64,000 bases of DNA from Patescibacteria group bacterium UBA918. Lineage in GTDB: Bacteria; Patescibacteriota; Minisyncoccia; Phycocordibacterales; UBA918. This document shows, in pieces, positions 16,757 through 25,253 of this stretch. The notes under the pieces are model-generated. The model was not told where the DNA came from. It saw only the letters and a program-made list of their open reading frames with translations, and did not search any database. The stretch spans positions 565-64,564 of the forward strand of contig DBEA01000010.1 of assembly GCA_002293845.1 (NCBI GenBank), in the 5' to 3' direction. The number at the start of each line of letters is the position of its first letter. Within the stretch, counting starts at the first letter, position 1. The position numbers and the translations under genes are program-made.

Positions 16757-17418
16757 GAGAAAAGACGGTGTTCTTGATCCGCCATGGTGAGACGCGGGCT
16801 AACAAAAGCTACCGTCATCAAGGGCCGATGGAACCTTTGACGGAACGCGGGCGCGAGCAGGTGCGCGCCCTGATCGCTTATTTAAGATCGCAAAACATAG
16901 ACACTCTGATAGCCAGCGACTTCGATCGCGCTCGCGAGACCGCCGATCTGATCGGAAGGGAATTAGGACTCACGTACTCGATCGAGCCGTCGGTCCGCGA
17001 ATTCATTCGGCCGACGTCGCTTTACGGTCGACATTACTTCTCGCCCTCTTCTCTCCGGTACATCCTCGATCTCTATCAAAATCGTTTGAATCTGTTATGG
17101 AACCGCGAAGGAGCGGAGAATCTCGCTCATGTGCGGGGGCGCGTGCGCGACGCCCGGATCATGATCGAATCTTTGCCGGGGAAGCGGGTGGCCGTGGTGT
17201 CGCACCGCATCTTCATGACCATGTTCACGGAGACCGTCTGTTACGACCGGCCATTATCGCTATGGAAGTTCTTCTGGGGTTTTGTAGGGCGAAAGAAACT
17301 GCCGAACTGCGCCGTACTAGAATTCACTTGTTCGTCGTCCGATAGGGGTGACGTGTGCACCTGGCGACTCGAAAAAACCCTCGTTCCGCCGTATAATGTC
17401 ACTCGTACTAAAATATAG
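16741..17418 (+). CDS. Histidine phosphatase family protein (phosphoglycerate-mutase-like)
   Basis: RHG motif FLIRHGETRAN and a second catalytic region. The true start is probably the GTG near 16777, after GGAG. Confidence 0.65.
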   Translation: MRGEIGEKTVFLIRHGETRANKSYRHQGPMEPLTERGREQVRALIAYLRSQNIDTLIASDFDRARETADLIGRELGLTYSIEPSVREFIRPTSLYGRHYFSPSSLRYILDLYQNRLNLLWNREGAENLAHVRGRVRDARIMIESLPGKRVAVVSHRIFMTMFTETVCYDRPLSLWKFFWGFVGRKKLPNCAVLEFTCSSSDRGDVCTWRLEKTLVPPYNVTRTKI

Positions 17419-17442
17419 ACCCCTAATCCTTAAACAAAAAAC

Positions 17443-17718
17443 ATGCATCAAGGAAATTGGAAGTGTAGCGGTTGCGGCGCCACCATCACCGAATTGCCGT
17501 TCGAACCGAGAAGTACCGAAGGATTGAAGTGCCGCGACTGCCACTCCAAGTCTCGCGGCAACGCGCCGCGTCAGAACTCCGACCGTGGCGATCGGCAAAT
17601 GTTCGAAGGAAACTGGACGTGCGCTGGTTGCGGCGCGGCCATCACCAAGCTGCCGTTTATGCCGAGGGATACCACTAACCTCAAGTGTATCGACTGCTTC
17701 AAATCAAGCCGGACATAA
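17443..17718 (+). CDS. Small protein with two tandem CxxC-x17-CxxC zinc-ribbon repeats
   Basis: Internal duplication GNWKCSGCGATITELPFEPRSTEGLKCRDC / GNWTCAGCGAAITKLPFMPRDTTNLKCIDC. Confidence 0.5.
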   Translation: MHQGNWKCSGCGATITELPFEPRSTEGLKCRDCHSKSRGNAPRQNSDRGDRQMFEGNWTCAGCGAAITKLPFMPRDTTNLKCIDCFKSSRT

Positions 17719-17776
17719 GGAAGGGGCGTGCAGGCGCAAGTCATCTAATGGTAGAAAATTTTGCTATTATTAGTGA

Positions 17777-18481
17777 ATGGCGCATATCTCGTGGAGCAAG
17801 GGTCACACAAAGGATACTCACCCCTCGGTTCGGAAAATTTCCGAGACGATGAAGAAGAGGAAGGTGGATAATTTTGCCGCATGGCGTGAGCAAGCCAAGA
17901 AAAAAGGAAAGTTTAAGTCAGTTTACAAGGCTTTGCCGGAGGGCGGCGACTTAGCCGAGTTGATCGGTGTGATTTTGGGTGACGGTCATATTCAAAAGTT
18001 TCCTCGCACCGAAAGGTTGCTGATCTTTTCAAACGCCAACAACCCGGGCTTTGTAAAGCGTTATGCTGATATAGTGGAAAGGTTGTTTGAAAAGAAGCCT
18101 TACGTGTACAAGCAAACATCGAAGAACTGTATACGTATTAGTCTGTACGAAAAACATATCAGTCAGCGATTAAAGATCCCTACAGGTGCGAGAGGTAAGT
18201 TATATTTCTCGGTTCCGCGTTGGGTTATGCGCGATAAAACCTATGTAAAGCGTTACCTTCGAGGTTTGTATGAGGCAGAAGGAAGTCTATCGTTTCATTC
18301 CGCCACGTACACGCATAAATTCATCTTTTCCAATAGAAACGTGTCGCTATTGAAAAATGTCGAAAGATTGCTTAAAGTACTAGGGTTTTCACCCCACTCA
18401 AACAAAGAGAGTGTCCAACTGTCCAGAAAGGACGAGGTGAAGAAAGCCGCCCAGTTGCTACGGTTCAGAGTCTACAAATAA
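17777..18481 (+). CDS. LAGLIDADG homing endonuclease (two-motif, free-standing)
   Basis: LAELIGVILGDGHI and LRGLYEAEGSL. TATTAT 6 nt upstream of the ATG. The stop lies 6 nt before tRNA-Gln. Confidence 0.8.
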   Translation: MAHISWSKGHTKDTHPSVRKISETMKKRKVDNFAAWREQAKKKGKFKSVYKALPEGGDLAELIGVILGDGHIQKFPRTERLLIFSNANNPGFVKRYADIVERLFEKKPYVYKQTSKNCIRISLYEKHISQRLKIPTGARGKLYFSVPRWVMRDKTYVKRYLRGLYEAEGSLSFHSATYTHKFIFSNRNVSLLKNVERLLKVLGFSPHSNKESVQLSRKDEVKKAAQLLRFRVYK

Positions 18482-18487
18482 ATATAT

Positions 18488-18558
18488 TGCCCGGTGGTGT
18501 AAAGGTAGCACGCATGGTTCTGGCCCATGAAATCGAGGTTCGATCCCTTGCCGGGCAG
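18488..18558 (+). tRNA. tRNA-Gln (anticodon CTG), with U1-A72 as in bacterial tRNA-Gln
   Basis: TGCCCGG...CCGGGCA acceptor, anticodon stem CATGG/CCATG with loop TTCTGGC, T arm CGAGG-TTCGATC-CCTTG. Confidence 0.75.
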
Positions 18559-18613
18559 CAAATTTGAGCGACGCTTGAAGAGCATCGCTGTAACATCCGG
18601 TTGTTTCAAAAAA

Positions 18614-18637
18614 GTCCCAACTTCGTCCTAGACGGCC
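18614..18637. repeat. Copy A of a 24-nt direct repeat CCAACTTCGTCCyAGACGGCC flanking dgkA
   Basis: gtcccaacttcgtcctagacggcc; the second copy is at 19009..19033. Confidence 0.5.
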
Positions 18638-18658
18638 AATCGAAGGTATAATGTTCTC

Positions 18659-19000
18659 ATGAAGTACTGGATTAGAAGGTTGTCACATCCATTTCGTGGA
18701 TTGAAGTATGCGTTTGTCCATGATGACGCTACTCAAATAGAATTTGTCTTCGGCCTAATTGGTTTACCAATTGTCTATCGTCTGTTCGACATATCGGTTA
18801 GCGAAATACTGCTACTTACATTTTGCTGGTTTTTTGTGATGGTCACCGAACTACAAAATACGGCCATGGAAATAGCACTGACCAAGATTCATCCAGAACA
18901 TGACAAGGAAATTGGGCTTAGTAAAGACCTAGCTTCTGGGGCTGTGATATGGGCATCAGTATTTGGGTTGGTCTGTCTCGGTTTCGTGATCCTGAACTAG
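18659..19000 (+). CDS. dgkA: Diacylglycerol/undecaprenol kinase (prokaryotic DgkA family)
   Basis: TELQNTAMEIAL and SKDLASGAVIW match the E. coli DgkA EILNSAIE and SGRAKDMGSAAV blocks. TATAAT 6 nt upstream of the ATG. Confidence 0.8.
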   Translation: MKYWIRRLSHPFRGLKYAFVHDDATQIEFVFGLIGLPIVYRLFDISVSEILLLTFCWFFVMVTELQNTAMEIALTKIHPEHDKEIGLSKDLASGAVIWASVFGLVCLGFVILN

Positions 19001-19008
19001 TTAATCAT

Positions 19009-19033
19009 GGTTCCAACTTCGTCCCAGACGGCC
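19009..19033. repeat. Copy B of the dgkA-flanking direct repeat
   Basis: ggttccaacttcgtcccagacggcc, followed by hairpin CCAGAC-n10-GTCTGG. Confidence 0.5.
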
Positions 19034-19359
19034 CCCTAGTCTGGACTATGTTTAACCCATACTGTACAGTCTTTTTAGATACGTATTCCGGCCACGGGAA
19101 TCGTGGTGCTGTAAAGTGAGAGATCTGATGAACATTCTAAGGCGACGGGGAATCGAGAACCCATCTGACCATCTCGTTTCCCCTGTAGGGAAGCGACTGC
19201 GCGCTCCGGAAAGCGAGATATTCCGCGCCGCCGATGAGGTGGAGGCCGGGTTTGCCACGCTTCGCTATCTATGAATCCCGAAACGGGCGGTCTGGAAAGG
19301 CCGCCCTTTCACTTTATACAAAATCCTCCTTCATCCCGGACGGCCAAGGAGAAACACTG

Positions 19360-19686
19360 CTATTGCAAAGTTGCGAGGGTGAGTACTATCGCCGTCACTA
19401 TGCCGAAGAGGCCGATGGTCTTGAAAAAGTAAGACACGGCTTCCGCTCGTTTATTATCGACGAGTAAGGATACTGGTTGGTAAAAGAACAAGAACGCCAT
19501 CACGGCCGCGGAAAAAACGAATAACGACATAAAGCCGACGCCGTCGATCCAGGTGTCAGGGGTGTCGTGACGGATCGACTCGATAAAGCGCAAAAACACG
19601 GACACGGCGCCGATGTAAGCGACCGCCAAACCGGCGTTTAAAAACGGATGCCATTTCATACGCTCATTATAACTCCGTAGAGCCAT
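19360..19686 (-). CDS. Hypothetical membrane protein (3-4 TM)
   Basis: ORF with hydrophobic segments; divergent from the putative copper module. Confidence 0.45.
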   Translation of the reverse strand: MALRSYNERMKWHPFLNAGLAVAYIGAVSVFLRFIESIRHDTPDTWIDGVGFMSLFVFSAAVMAFLFFYQPVSLLVDNKRAEAVSYFFKTIGLFGIVTAIVLTLATLQ

Positions 19687-19740
19687 CGAAGGTTATTGGT
19701 CGGGTTGTAATGACAGCCCCAGGAACGCTATAATGGAATT

Positions 19741-20109
19741 ATGAGAGTTTTTGTGTCGGTCGCCCTCGTGGCCCTCCTCGCTTTCTTGACCGTAGCGACG
19801 CTCGGTGTCTATCTTTCTTCCGCCGCGCCCGATCACCATGACGCGGGCTGTCCCCTCATGGTCGGACAGGCGACGATCTGTGTCGGCTCGCCGCTAGCGC
19901 ACCTCGATCACTGGCAGGATGTCTTTGTCGCGGTGATCGTGAATACGTTCGCGCTCTTCGCGATGGTGATTTTGGTGGTTACCGTCTTGCCGTTCAGGCT
20001 TCCGGACAAGAGACGCGCGCGCGTCGATTCGCGTCCGCCCGAACCTGACCGTCCGCCTCTCTTTCAAGAACTTTTTTCACAAGGAATACTTCATCCTAAA
20101 GCGCCGTAG
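19741..20109 (+). CDS. Membrane protein with His/Cys cluster (putative metal-binding)
   Basis: Two TM segments flank PDHHDAGCPLMVGQATICVGSPLAHLDHWQD. TATAAT 6 nt upstream of the ATG. Confidence 0.45.
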   Translation: MRVFVSVALVALLAFLTVATLGVYLSSAAPDHHDAGCPLMVGQATICVGSPLAHLDHWQDVFVAVIVNTFALFAMVILVVTVLPFRLPDKRRARVDSRPPEPDRPPLFQELFSQGILHPKAP

Positions 20110-20150
20110 TGTCGCCGCCGATCTATTATCGATTAACTAATTCTAAATTC

Positions 20151-20741
20151 ATGGAAAGAAACACTATCGTCGTCGGCTTAGTCGCTCTGCTTCTCGGTTT
20201 GGGCACCGGTTACCTCGTTTGGAGCACTAGCGTGCCCGCCGAGGATGGCTTCGGACATCGGATGTCCGATGGTTCAATGATGGATCAAGACATCGATCGG
20301 CACTTTATCGTTCAGATGATCCCGCATCATGAAGGCGCGATCGCGATGGCCAAGATCGCGCTCGAGCGTTCGAAGCGGCCGGAGATCTTGTCCTTAGCAA
20401 ACGGCATCATCGAAGCGCAGGAAAAAGAGAACGGCGACATGCGCGCTTGGTACCGCTCTTGGTTCGGTGCCACTCCTCCGGAGGGAGGCATGGGGATGAT
20501 GCATATGGGCGGGATGGAAGGAGACACGAACGTGCTACAAAACGTGTCTGAAGCGCATTTCGACCGCGAATTCATCGAACAAATGATCCCGCATCATGAG
20601 ATGGCCATAATGATGGCCGAGATGCTTCGGGCTTCCACCGTCCGCGACGAGATGAAGGAATTGGCGAACAACATCATCACGTCGCAGTCGCGAGAGATCG
20701 AGATGATGCGCGGTTGGCTCACTAGTTGGTACGGCCAATAA
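20151..20741 (+). CDS. DUF305 (CopM-like) periplasmic metal-binding protein with a Met-rich segment
   Basis: Two copies of FIxQMIPHHExAIxMA and MGMMHMGGMEG. The start is moved to ATG 20151 (MERNTIVVGLV signal peptide). Confidence 0.7.
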   Translation: MERNTIVVGLVALLLGLGTGYLVWSTSVPAEDGFGHRMSDGSMMDQDIDRHFIVQMIPHHEGAIAMAKIALERSKRPEILSLANGIIEAQEKENGDMRAWYRSWFGATPPEGGMGMMHMGGMEGDTNVLQNVSEAHFDREFIEQMIPHHEMAIMMAEMLRASTVRDEMKELANNIITSQSREIEMMRGWLTSWYGQ

Positions 20742-20753
20742 TCTCCTTGGTAT

Positions 20754-22268
20754 ATGAAAAATTCATATCTGCTCGTGGGAGCAGGGCTGGCATTCGTGAT
20801 CGTCATAACGGGCGTCATGCTTTACCTAGAGCCCAAGAAAGATTCTTCAGTCTCAGAGAAAATCTACGTGGCCCTAGAGGGAGATGGCGCGGTCGGTGTG
20901 ATCGATGGGAATAAAAGCAAGCTCGTGAAGACAATTTCGCTCACCGACGAACGAACCGGCACCATGTACATGCCGCACAACGTGCAGGTATCACTCGACG
21001 GGAGTGTCGTATGGGTGACCGCGAATGCGATGGCCGAAATGGAGCACCAAAGCTTCAGATTCCTCAAGACGGCGCAGGCGGACGGAGGTCACGAAGATTC
21101 CGAGACGGAAAGCGATCAGCTTATCGCGATAGATCCGAGCACGGATATGATCGTCCGGAGAATCCCGATAGCGATCGGACAGCATCTCGCTCATGTGGTG
21201 CAGTCTGCCACCGACTCGGCGGTTTTTGTAGCGGCGCAGGAGACCGACATGATCTACGTGGTCGATGCGGATTCTATGACGCTAGAACGAAGCATTAAGT
21301 TGCCGGAAGGTAGCGGCCCGCACGGAATGCGCCTTTCGCCAGATGATCAGACTCTCTACGTCGCCCTCATGAGCGGAGAGGCGCTTGGTATGGTCGACAT
21401 CAATTCGGGGACAGTCGATAGTCAACCGCTTAATGGCGGTGCCGTGCAAACGGCGGTTACGCCAGACGGTTCGCGAGTCGCCGTTTCGGTGTATGACTCC
21501 TTGAGTATTGGAGTATACGATACGGGGAAGAGGTCACTCTCGTATGTAAAGCTCCCCGAGGGATCGCAAGGTCCAGTGCAACTGTACCCGACTAAGGATT
21601 CGCGCTTCGTGTACGTGGCCGACCAGGGGACGCTGAATGGGCGCCGTGCGAACGATAAGCTTTTCAAGATCGACCTTGAGACGCTGGCGGTCGCCGAAAC
21701 GATCGAGGTCGGAAGAGCTCCTCATGGTGTCGCCCTCAATAGAGGCGGTGATAGGGTTTATGTGACCAACCTCGAAGACGGTTCGGTTTCCGTGGTCGAC
21801 ACCGGGGCGGCGCAGGAGATCGCGAGAGTCAAGGTAGGTAAAGAACCGAACGGGGTGAGCGTGTGGAACGGGAGAGAGGATCGATCTTCCGTCGGAGCGC
21901 TCGAAGGCGTAAAGATCACCGTATACAAATCGCCGACCTGCGGATGTTGCGGGAACTACGTCGCCGAACTTAGACGACAGGGCGCGGAAATCACCGTGGA
22001 GGAGATCTCGGAGGCTGCTCTTACGGAGAAGAAAGCCGCGCTCGGCGTGCGCCCCGAACTGGAAAGTTGTCACACTTCGGTTATGGACGGCTATGTGATC
22101 GAGGGGCATGTCCCTGTGGAAGCGATAGCAAAACTACGCGCTGAACGGCCCCCGCTCGCAGGTATCGCATTGCCCGGTATGCCGGCAGGAAGTCCGGGCA
22201 TGTCCGGAATCAAATCTGAACCCTTTGCCGTGCAAACGCTCGAAGGAGATCTATTCGGGAACTTCTGA
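20754..22268 (+). CDS. Fusion protein: YVTN-type beta-propeller repeats plus C-terminal DUF411 (CopG-like CxCC copper-resistance domain)
   Basis: Repeated YV.D/YVTN blocks. The C-terminus VYKSPTCGCCGNYVAELRRQG...ESCHTSVMDGYVIEGHVPVEAIAKL...GIALPGMPAGSPGM matches the DUF411 pattern YKSP.CGCC...SCHT...GY.IEGHVP...P.MP.GSPGM. Confidence 0.7.
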   Translation: MKNSYLLVGAGLAFVIVITGVMLYLEPKKDSSVSEKIYVALEGDGAVGVIDGNKSKLVKTISLTDERTGTMYMPHNVQVSLDGSVVWVTANAMAEMEHQSFRFLKTAQADGGHEDSETESDQLIAIDPSTDMIVRRIPIAIGQHLAHVVQSATDSAVFVAAQETDMIYVVDADSMTLERSIKLPEGSGPHGMRLSPDDQTLYVALMSGEALGMVDINSGTVDSQPLNGGAVQTAVTPDGSRVAVSVYDSLSIGVYDTGKRSLSYVKLPEGSQGPVQLYPTKDSRFVYVADQGTLNGRRANDKLFKIDLETLAVAETIEVGRAPHGVALNRGGDRVYVTNLEDGSVSVVDTGAAQEIARVKVGKEPNGVSVWNGREDRSSVGALEGVKITVYKSPTCGCCGNYVAELRRQGAEITVEEISEAALTEKKAALGVRPELESCHTSVMDGYVIEGHVPVEAIAKLRAERPPLAGIALPGMPAGSPGMSGIKSEPFAVQTLEGDLFGNF

Positions 22269-22288
22269 CTGTTTCGCTGTGTACCAAA

Positions 22289-22315
22289 AGGCCGCCCGCA
22301 GGGCGGCCTTTTGGC
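22289..22315. terminator. Bidirectional intrinsic terminator AAAAGGCCGCCC-gcag-GGCGGCCTTTT
   Basis: Perfect stem with A-run and T-run flanks. Confidence 0.75.
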
Positions 22316-22349
22316 GACCATAGCAATCGAAAAATGCTATGATGTCCGT

Positions 22350-22880
22350 GTGAAGACGATAATTATAATTTTCGCGCTAGTACTTTTGGCTGCCGGCTCT
22401 TTCTTTTTGAGTAAAAACGACATAGAAGATATTCCGAGCGAGAACGCCGATCAAAAAGCCGACCAAAAGACGGAAGAATCACCGACCTCTTCTACGGCAA
22501 CGTCGGTGACTCTCGATCTAAGTGGCCAGAATCTGACCAAGGTTCCTGATTCCGTATTCAAACGAACCGATGTCGAGGAGTTGGATCTTTCACATAATGC
22601 TCTCAGTGGAGCTTTGCCGGCCGAAGTGCGCCAGCTGCGAAACTTGCGCGTTCTTGATCTTAGCGACAACGATTTGACCGGCGTGCCGGCCGAGGTCGGA
22701 CAACTCGCTCGTTTGGAGGTGCTAGATCTGTCGAATAACCCGATTACGGGTCTACCGTACGAGATCGGTAACTTGAAAAACCTGCGCGTGCTCGACCTGC
22801 GCGGTACGGATTACGCCGCCGCGGATCTGGAGGTGATCAAAAAAGGTCTGTCGGAAGAAGTAGAGATCAGGACCGACTAA
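22350..22880 (+). CDS. Secreted leucine-rich-repeat (LRR) protein
   Basis: LxxLxLSxNxLxG repeats (LDLSHNALSGALP, LDLSDNDLTGVP, LDLSNNPITGLP). The track start 22311 is a TTG inside the terminator T-run. I prefer GTG 22350, with TATGAT 6 nt upstream. Confidence 0.65.
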   Translation: MKTIIIIFALVLLAAGSFFLSKNDIEDIPSENADQKADQKTEESPTSSTATSVTLDLSGQNLTKVPDSVFKRTDVEELDLSHNALSGALPAEVRQLRNLRVLDLSDNDLTGVPAEVGQLARLEVLDLSNNPITGLPYEIGNLKNLRVLDLRGTDYAAADLEVIKKGLSEEVEIRTD

Positions 22881-22952
22881 ACGGTCGGGACCTCTTCGAT
22901 CGCGCTGTTTTTATCAGTTCGCGATCGAAGAACTATGCGGTAGAATGTCCAC

Positions 22953-23258
22953 ATGAAAACAACATTGATCGCGCTTGTGGCGCTCGTACTAATCGCCGGA
23001 GGATATTATTGGTACTCGCAAAACATGATAGGCGAGGAGGTGAAGATAGAAGAGGAAGAGACTCAGATCGAGGACAACTCTCCGACGCAAGGCAAGCTCG
23101 ATATCAATGCGGTATGCGAAGGCGCGTTGGCTTACATGACTTTCCCGGACGGCGAGAGCGCCGAAGCGTTCGTGGAGGAATGCAAAGCAGGCGAACATCC
23201 GGAAGTGATCGAACGCTACAAGGCGGAGATGAATATAGGTAACGATAAGGCTATATAA
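22953..23258 (+). CDS. Small secreted hypothetical protein
   Basis: Signal peptide MKTTLIALVALVLIAGG. TAGAAT 6 nt upstream of the ATG. Confidence 0.5.
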   Translation: MKTTLIALVALVLIAGGYYWYSQNMIGEEVKIEEEETQIEDNSPTQGKLDINAVCEGALAYMTFPDGESAEAFVEECKAGEHPEVIERYKAEMNIGNDKAI

Positions 23259-23488
23259 AGAAAGCTCGGAAACACCGTTCGGCAAAACCAGGCGGTGTTT
23301 TGTCGATCGTCCGAACGTCCTACCGGTACCCTGCGAGTAGCGGAAGGCGATGTGGCTATTTTCAAAGACGTACTTTTATGGTCAAGAGATCGTCGGGCGG
23401 GGTTTCGGGTGAGGTATTTGTTATACTAGCTTTACTGTGTACGATCGGGGAAATTCGTATGCGCGATTACAGTTTAACGATCATTCCT

Positions 23489-24400
23489 ATGAATAAAATA
23501 TCCATCACTTCTTACAAAACCGCCGTGTTGGCGTTCGCGACGATCGCTCTTTTCGGGGCGTCTTACGTGTTCGCGGCGAGCACGGTCGTCGTCACCGGCG
23601 ATACTTCCGCCGGCGAGAATCAGCCGGGCTGGATGTTCAATCGTGACGTCAGTACCGCCACCCCTTACGAGTTCAACGAGAATGCGGCCAGCATCGGCAG
23701 CGGCAGCGTCTATGTGCTTCCGATCGGCGCCAATCCGTCTGACAAGTTCATCGCTGAAAACTTCATCAACACGCCGATATCGAACGTCAATTCGATATCG
23801 TACGACTTCTTGATCGGCAGCGGCGGCGACGCTTCCGACGAGAACGAATTCTACATGAACGTCTACGCCAACTTCGGCGTTTCGGCGGACGACAAGTTCT
23901 ATGATTGTCGTTACAACATCGTGCCGACTACGGGCTCGACCGGAGCGTTCACGACCGTCACTTTCGACCCTAATCAGTCGTATCCGGTGACGACCCGCGG
24001 CGGCGCCAGCGCTTCGCCATTTCCTTGTCCGGCCAAACCGGCCGATATGGACCTATCGAGCCCCGGCTCGAACATCCGAGCGTTCGCTCTTAACTTAGGC
24101 GACACGACCGCGAACGATCAGGGACTCGATGGACACTTCGATAACGTGGTGGTCGACCTCGACGGCGGGGTGACCATCTACGATTTCGAGGCACCGGTCC
24201 CCAACCCTGAATCGTTGTCTGATTGCAAGAAGAACGGCTGGAAGAAGTATAAGTTCAAGAATCAGGGACAATGCATCGTGTACGTGACGACCGGCAAAGA
24301 CAGCCGTAATCCTAATTTTGGCATCAGCTTCGAGCTTTTCGGCAAGACCTACAACGTGAATCCTCTCGGCACGAACATCAAAGAGATCATTTATCGGTAA
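23489..24400 (+). CDS. Secreted hypothetical protein (Gly/Ser/Asp-rich; no recognised domain)
   Basis: The start is moved to the internal ATG 23489 (MNKISITSYKTAVLAFATIALFGASYVFAAS signal peptide). The track start is 23300. Confidence 0.5.
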   Translation: MNKISITSYKTAVLAFATIALFGASYVFAASTVVVTGDTSAGENQPGWMFNRDVSTATPYEFNENAASIGSGSVYVLPIGANPSDKFIAENFINTPISNVNSISYDFLIGSGGDASDENEFYMNVYANFGVSADDKFYDCRYNIVPTTGSTGAFTTVTFDPNQSYPVTTRGGASASPFPCPAKPADMDLSSPGSNIRAFALNLGDTTANDQGLDGHFDNVVVDLDGGVTIYDFEAPVPNPESLSDCKKNGWKKYKFKNQGQCIVYVTTGKDSRNPNFGISFELFGKTYNVNPLGTNIKEIIYR

Positions 24401-24417
24401 GCAGACGATGGTAGCGA

Positions 24418-24450
24418 AAAACCGCCCGGCTTTGCCGGGCGGTTTTTCTC
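24418..24450. terminator. Intrinsic terminator GAAAAACCGCCCGGC-tttg-CCGGGCGGTTTTTC
   Basis: Perfect hairpin with A/T flanks between convergent genes. Confidence 0.75.
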
Positions 24451-24459
24451 GATGGGGTG

Positions 24460-24666
24460 CTATTGCTTCGATAGCTTCATCGAAGTGGCGGCCATATAGA
24501 TGGCAGACAAACCGACCAAAGCGTACACGACTCGTGAGATAGTGGACATGTCGCCGAAGAGGGTAGCTACCAGATCGAGATCCAGTACGCCCACCAATCC
24601 CCAGTTCAAGCCTCCTACCACCACTAGGACCAGAGCGACCCAGTCCACGGCGTTGAGCTTATTCAT
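24460..24666 (-). CDS. DUF378 family small membrane protein
   Basis: VVVGGLNWGLVGV signature of DUF378. Confidence 0.7.
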   Translation of the reverse strand: MNKLNAVDWVALVLVVVGGLNWGLVGVLDLDLVATLFGDMSTISRVVYALVGLSAIYMAATSMKLSKQ

Positions 24667-24925
24667 GATTTGTGTGATTTTTCATGTGTAAAAGCGCCTC
24701 GACCTTGACACATATGCGCATATACAGTCTATCACCAATGCACATGTTGTGGGTAGCTGAGGGTGTATAAAACTTACAAAGATGTGACACCGGTTAGTTA
24801 TAGTTATATCAGCGAGTGTCACACAGGTATGATATAGACGACTTGTGTCGCAGTTTGTGGTGGTGTGGCCGTCGACGAGCTTCGGTTGTAAAATATCATC
24901 ATTGTCCGATGTAGTAACATAGAAT

Positions 24926-25252
24926 ATGAAAAACGATATTTTGATGACCACCACTTTCGATGTTCCTGGTCGTGAGATCGCGGAGATTTTGGGTGTGGTC
25001 CGAGGCAACACTATCCGCGCGCGTCATATCGGCAGCGACATCGGCGCGGGTCTTAAAAGCCTCGTCGGTGGCGAGATCAAGGGCTACGTCAAAGCTATGA
25101 CCGAAGCGCGAGAAGAAGCGATGCAAAGGATGGTCGCAGAGGCGGAATCGCTCGGCGCCGATGCTGTGGTGGGGGTACGCCTCACTGGTTCTCAGATAAT
25201 GGCCGGTGCGGCCGAGATATTGGCGTACGGGACGGCGGTCAAGCTACGCTGA
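24926..25252 (+). CDS. YbjQ/UPF0145 family protein
   Basis: MKNDILMTTTFDVPGREI...DAVVGVRL... typical of UPF0145. Confidence 0.75.
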   Translation: MKNDILMTTTFDVPGREIAEILGVVRGNTIRARHIGSDIGAGLKSLVGGEIKGYVKAMTEAREEAMQRMVAEAESLGADAVVGVRLTGSQIMAGAAEILAYGTAVKLR

Positions 25253-25253
25253 T

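Noticed and set aside
22311-22349. Track start (TTG) of the LRR protein
   Set aside because: The TTG lies inside the T-run of the upstream terminator. GTG 22350 with TATGAT-6 fits the local start pattern and a signal peptide begins there.
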